DNA from: Octopus sinensis
Lineage: Eukaryota
Length of the DNA stretch: 64,000 nt
Assembly: GCF_006345805.1 (NCBI RefSeq)
Contig: NC_043000.1
Location: 17,732,001-17,796,000 of the forward strand
Reading direction: 5' to 3'
The translations under genes were made by a program, and so were the position numbers. The notes below the pieces were generated by a model, which saw only the letters and a program-made list of their open reading frames with translations, was not told where the DNA came from and did no database searches. Below, piece after piece: positions 62,960 through 64,000 of this stretch (position 1 is its first letter; the number at the start of each line of letters is the position of its first letter).

Positions 62960-63445
62960 AGGAGGTGATTGGTGGTTACAGTATGCGGACAGGCATCTGG
63001 AAGGGCATCCAGCTATAGAAATCATACCAAAGCAGACACTGGAGCAGACTGCAGATCTTGGAGCCACTGGATCCTTGTCAAACCGTCCAACCCATGCCAG
63101 CATAGGACATGGATACTAAATGATGATGATGATATATATACACATACATACATGCACACATCATCATCATCATCGTTTAACGTCCGTTCGCCATGCTAGC
63201 ATGGGTTGGACGGTTCGACCGGGAATCTGGGAAGCCAGAAGGCTGCACCAGGCTCCGGTCTTATCTGGCAAATGTTTCTACAGTTGGATGCCCTTCCTAA
63301 CGCCAACCACTCCGAGAGTGTAGTGGGTGATTTTATGTGCCACCTGCACTGGTGCAAGGCGAGGCTGGCATCGGCCACGGTTGGATTGGTGCATTTTACG
63401 TGCCACCTGCACGGAAGCCAATCGAGGCGGCACTGGCTTTGGCCA
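62960..63445. mobile_element. Two family D copies tail-to-tail (~62960-63130 +, ~63160-63445 -)
   Basis: (GAT)n and (CAT)n tails face each other. Confidence 0.8.
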
Positions 63446-63860
63446 ATACATACATACATAAACAAAAAAAAATAGTATATGTGTGTGTACATGTATAGAG
63501 GTATACACACAGCATATATCACTATATACACGTAAGTCTTAATATAATATATTCAATAATATATATGCGCACGTGTGTACCATGGTATTGAAGCAGAGTA
63601 GTGTCTGAATGAAGCCCTTAAAAAAAAAATTCATCACAGACAGTATAAAGTAACTCTTCTATATAGAAGGAAGAAATGGTTAATCATGGCTACGATTTCA
63701 AAACAGAGATAAAACATATGGACTCGGTTTGTAGCAGCCTAAATTCATCACACACACGCAGTATTTATTATATATAATAATATATTATTATATATATAAT
63801 ATGTATGTATAAAAAGGTAGGCAAATAAAATATTCAACATTGATGTTTGATGTCGCTTAC

Positions 63861-63897
63861 GTGTTACAATACTAGTTGCTCTTAGTAAATAATCTGT
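63861..63897 (-). CDS. Candidate 37-nt internal exon (TDYLLRATSIVTx)
   Basis: Acceptor cttttattttgcAG, donor GTAAGC; only one frame open; unique sequence. Confidence 0.55.
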
Positions 63898-63945
63898 CTG
63901 CAAAATAAAAGCTGCGTAAGAAGTTCCCTTGGCTCTGTGTGTGTG

Positions 63946-64000
<55 letters not shown>

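Noticed and set aside
2805-63531. Dozens of 60-180 aa ORFs (YIYI, THTH, VCVC, and SINE or family D translations such as MDGSTGVWEARR...)
   Set aside because: They arise from microsatellites and non-coding interspersed repeats; the same peptides recur wherever the repeats do.

Overview
This is AT-rich eukaryotic genomic DNA, dense in (TA)n/(CA)n/(CAT)n/(TAA)n microsatellites and interspersed repeats. The repeat repertoire is most consistent with an octopus (coleoid cephalopod) genome, which is an inference. Almost the whole window looks intronic or intergenic. Retro-elements: three tRNA-headed SINE-like families (called A, B, C here); a very abundant family D that one copy (7733-8634) shows to be the 3' UTR of an RTE-clade LINE; decayed CR1-, RTE- and L1/Tx1-type LINE fragments; and one solo LTR. 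DNA elements: hAT-Charlie, Tc1/mariner, pogo-like and piggyBac-like MITEs, Helitron-like non-autonomous elements, and hAT transposase relics. No intact transposon ORF was found. A few short minus-strand exon candidates with canonical splice signals (63861-63897, 57161-57217, terminal 2384-2539) suggest an unidentified host gene spanning the window. Best leads: (1) a ~61-copy 26-bp higher-order array grown inside an RTE 3' UTR; (2) a SINE-A/CR1-LINE shared 3' tail; (3) decayed minimal hammerhead-ribozyme cores; (4) three unrelated 200-350 bp near-perfect foldbacks plus an inverted SINE pair that would give long intronic dsRNA. I could not establish a wholly new biological system. Most listed ORFs are microsatellite artefacts. 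Coordinates of decayed repeats are approximate (about +/-10-30 bp).
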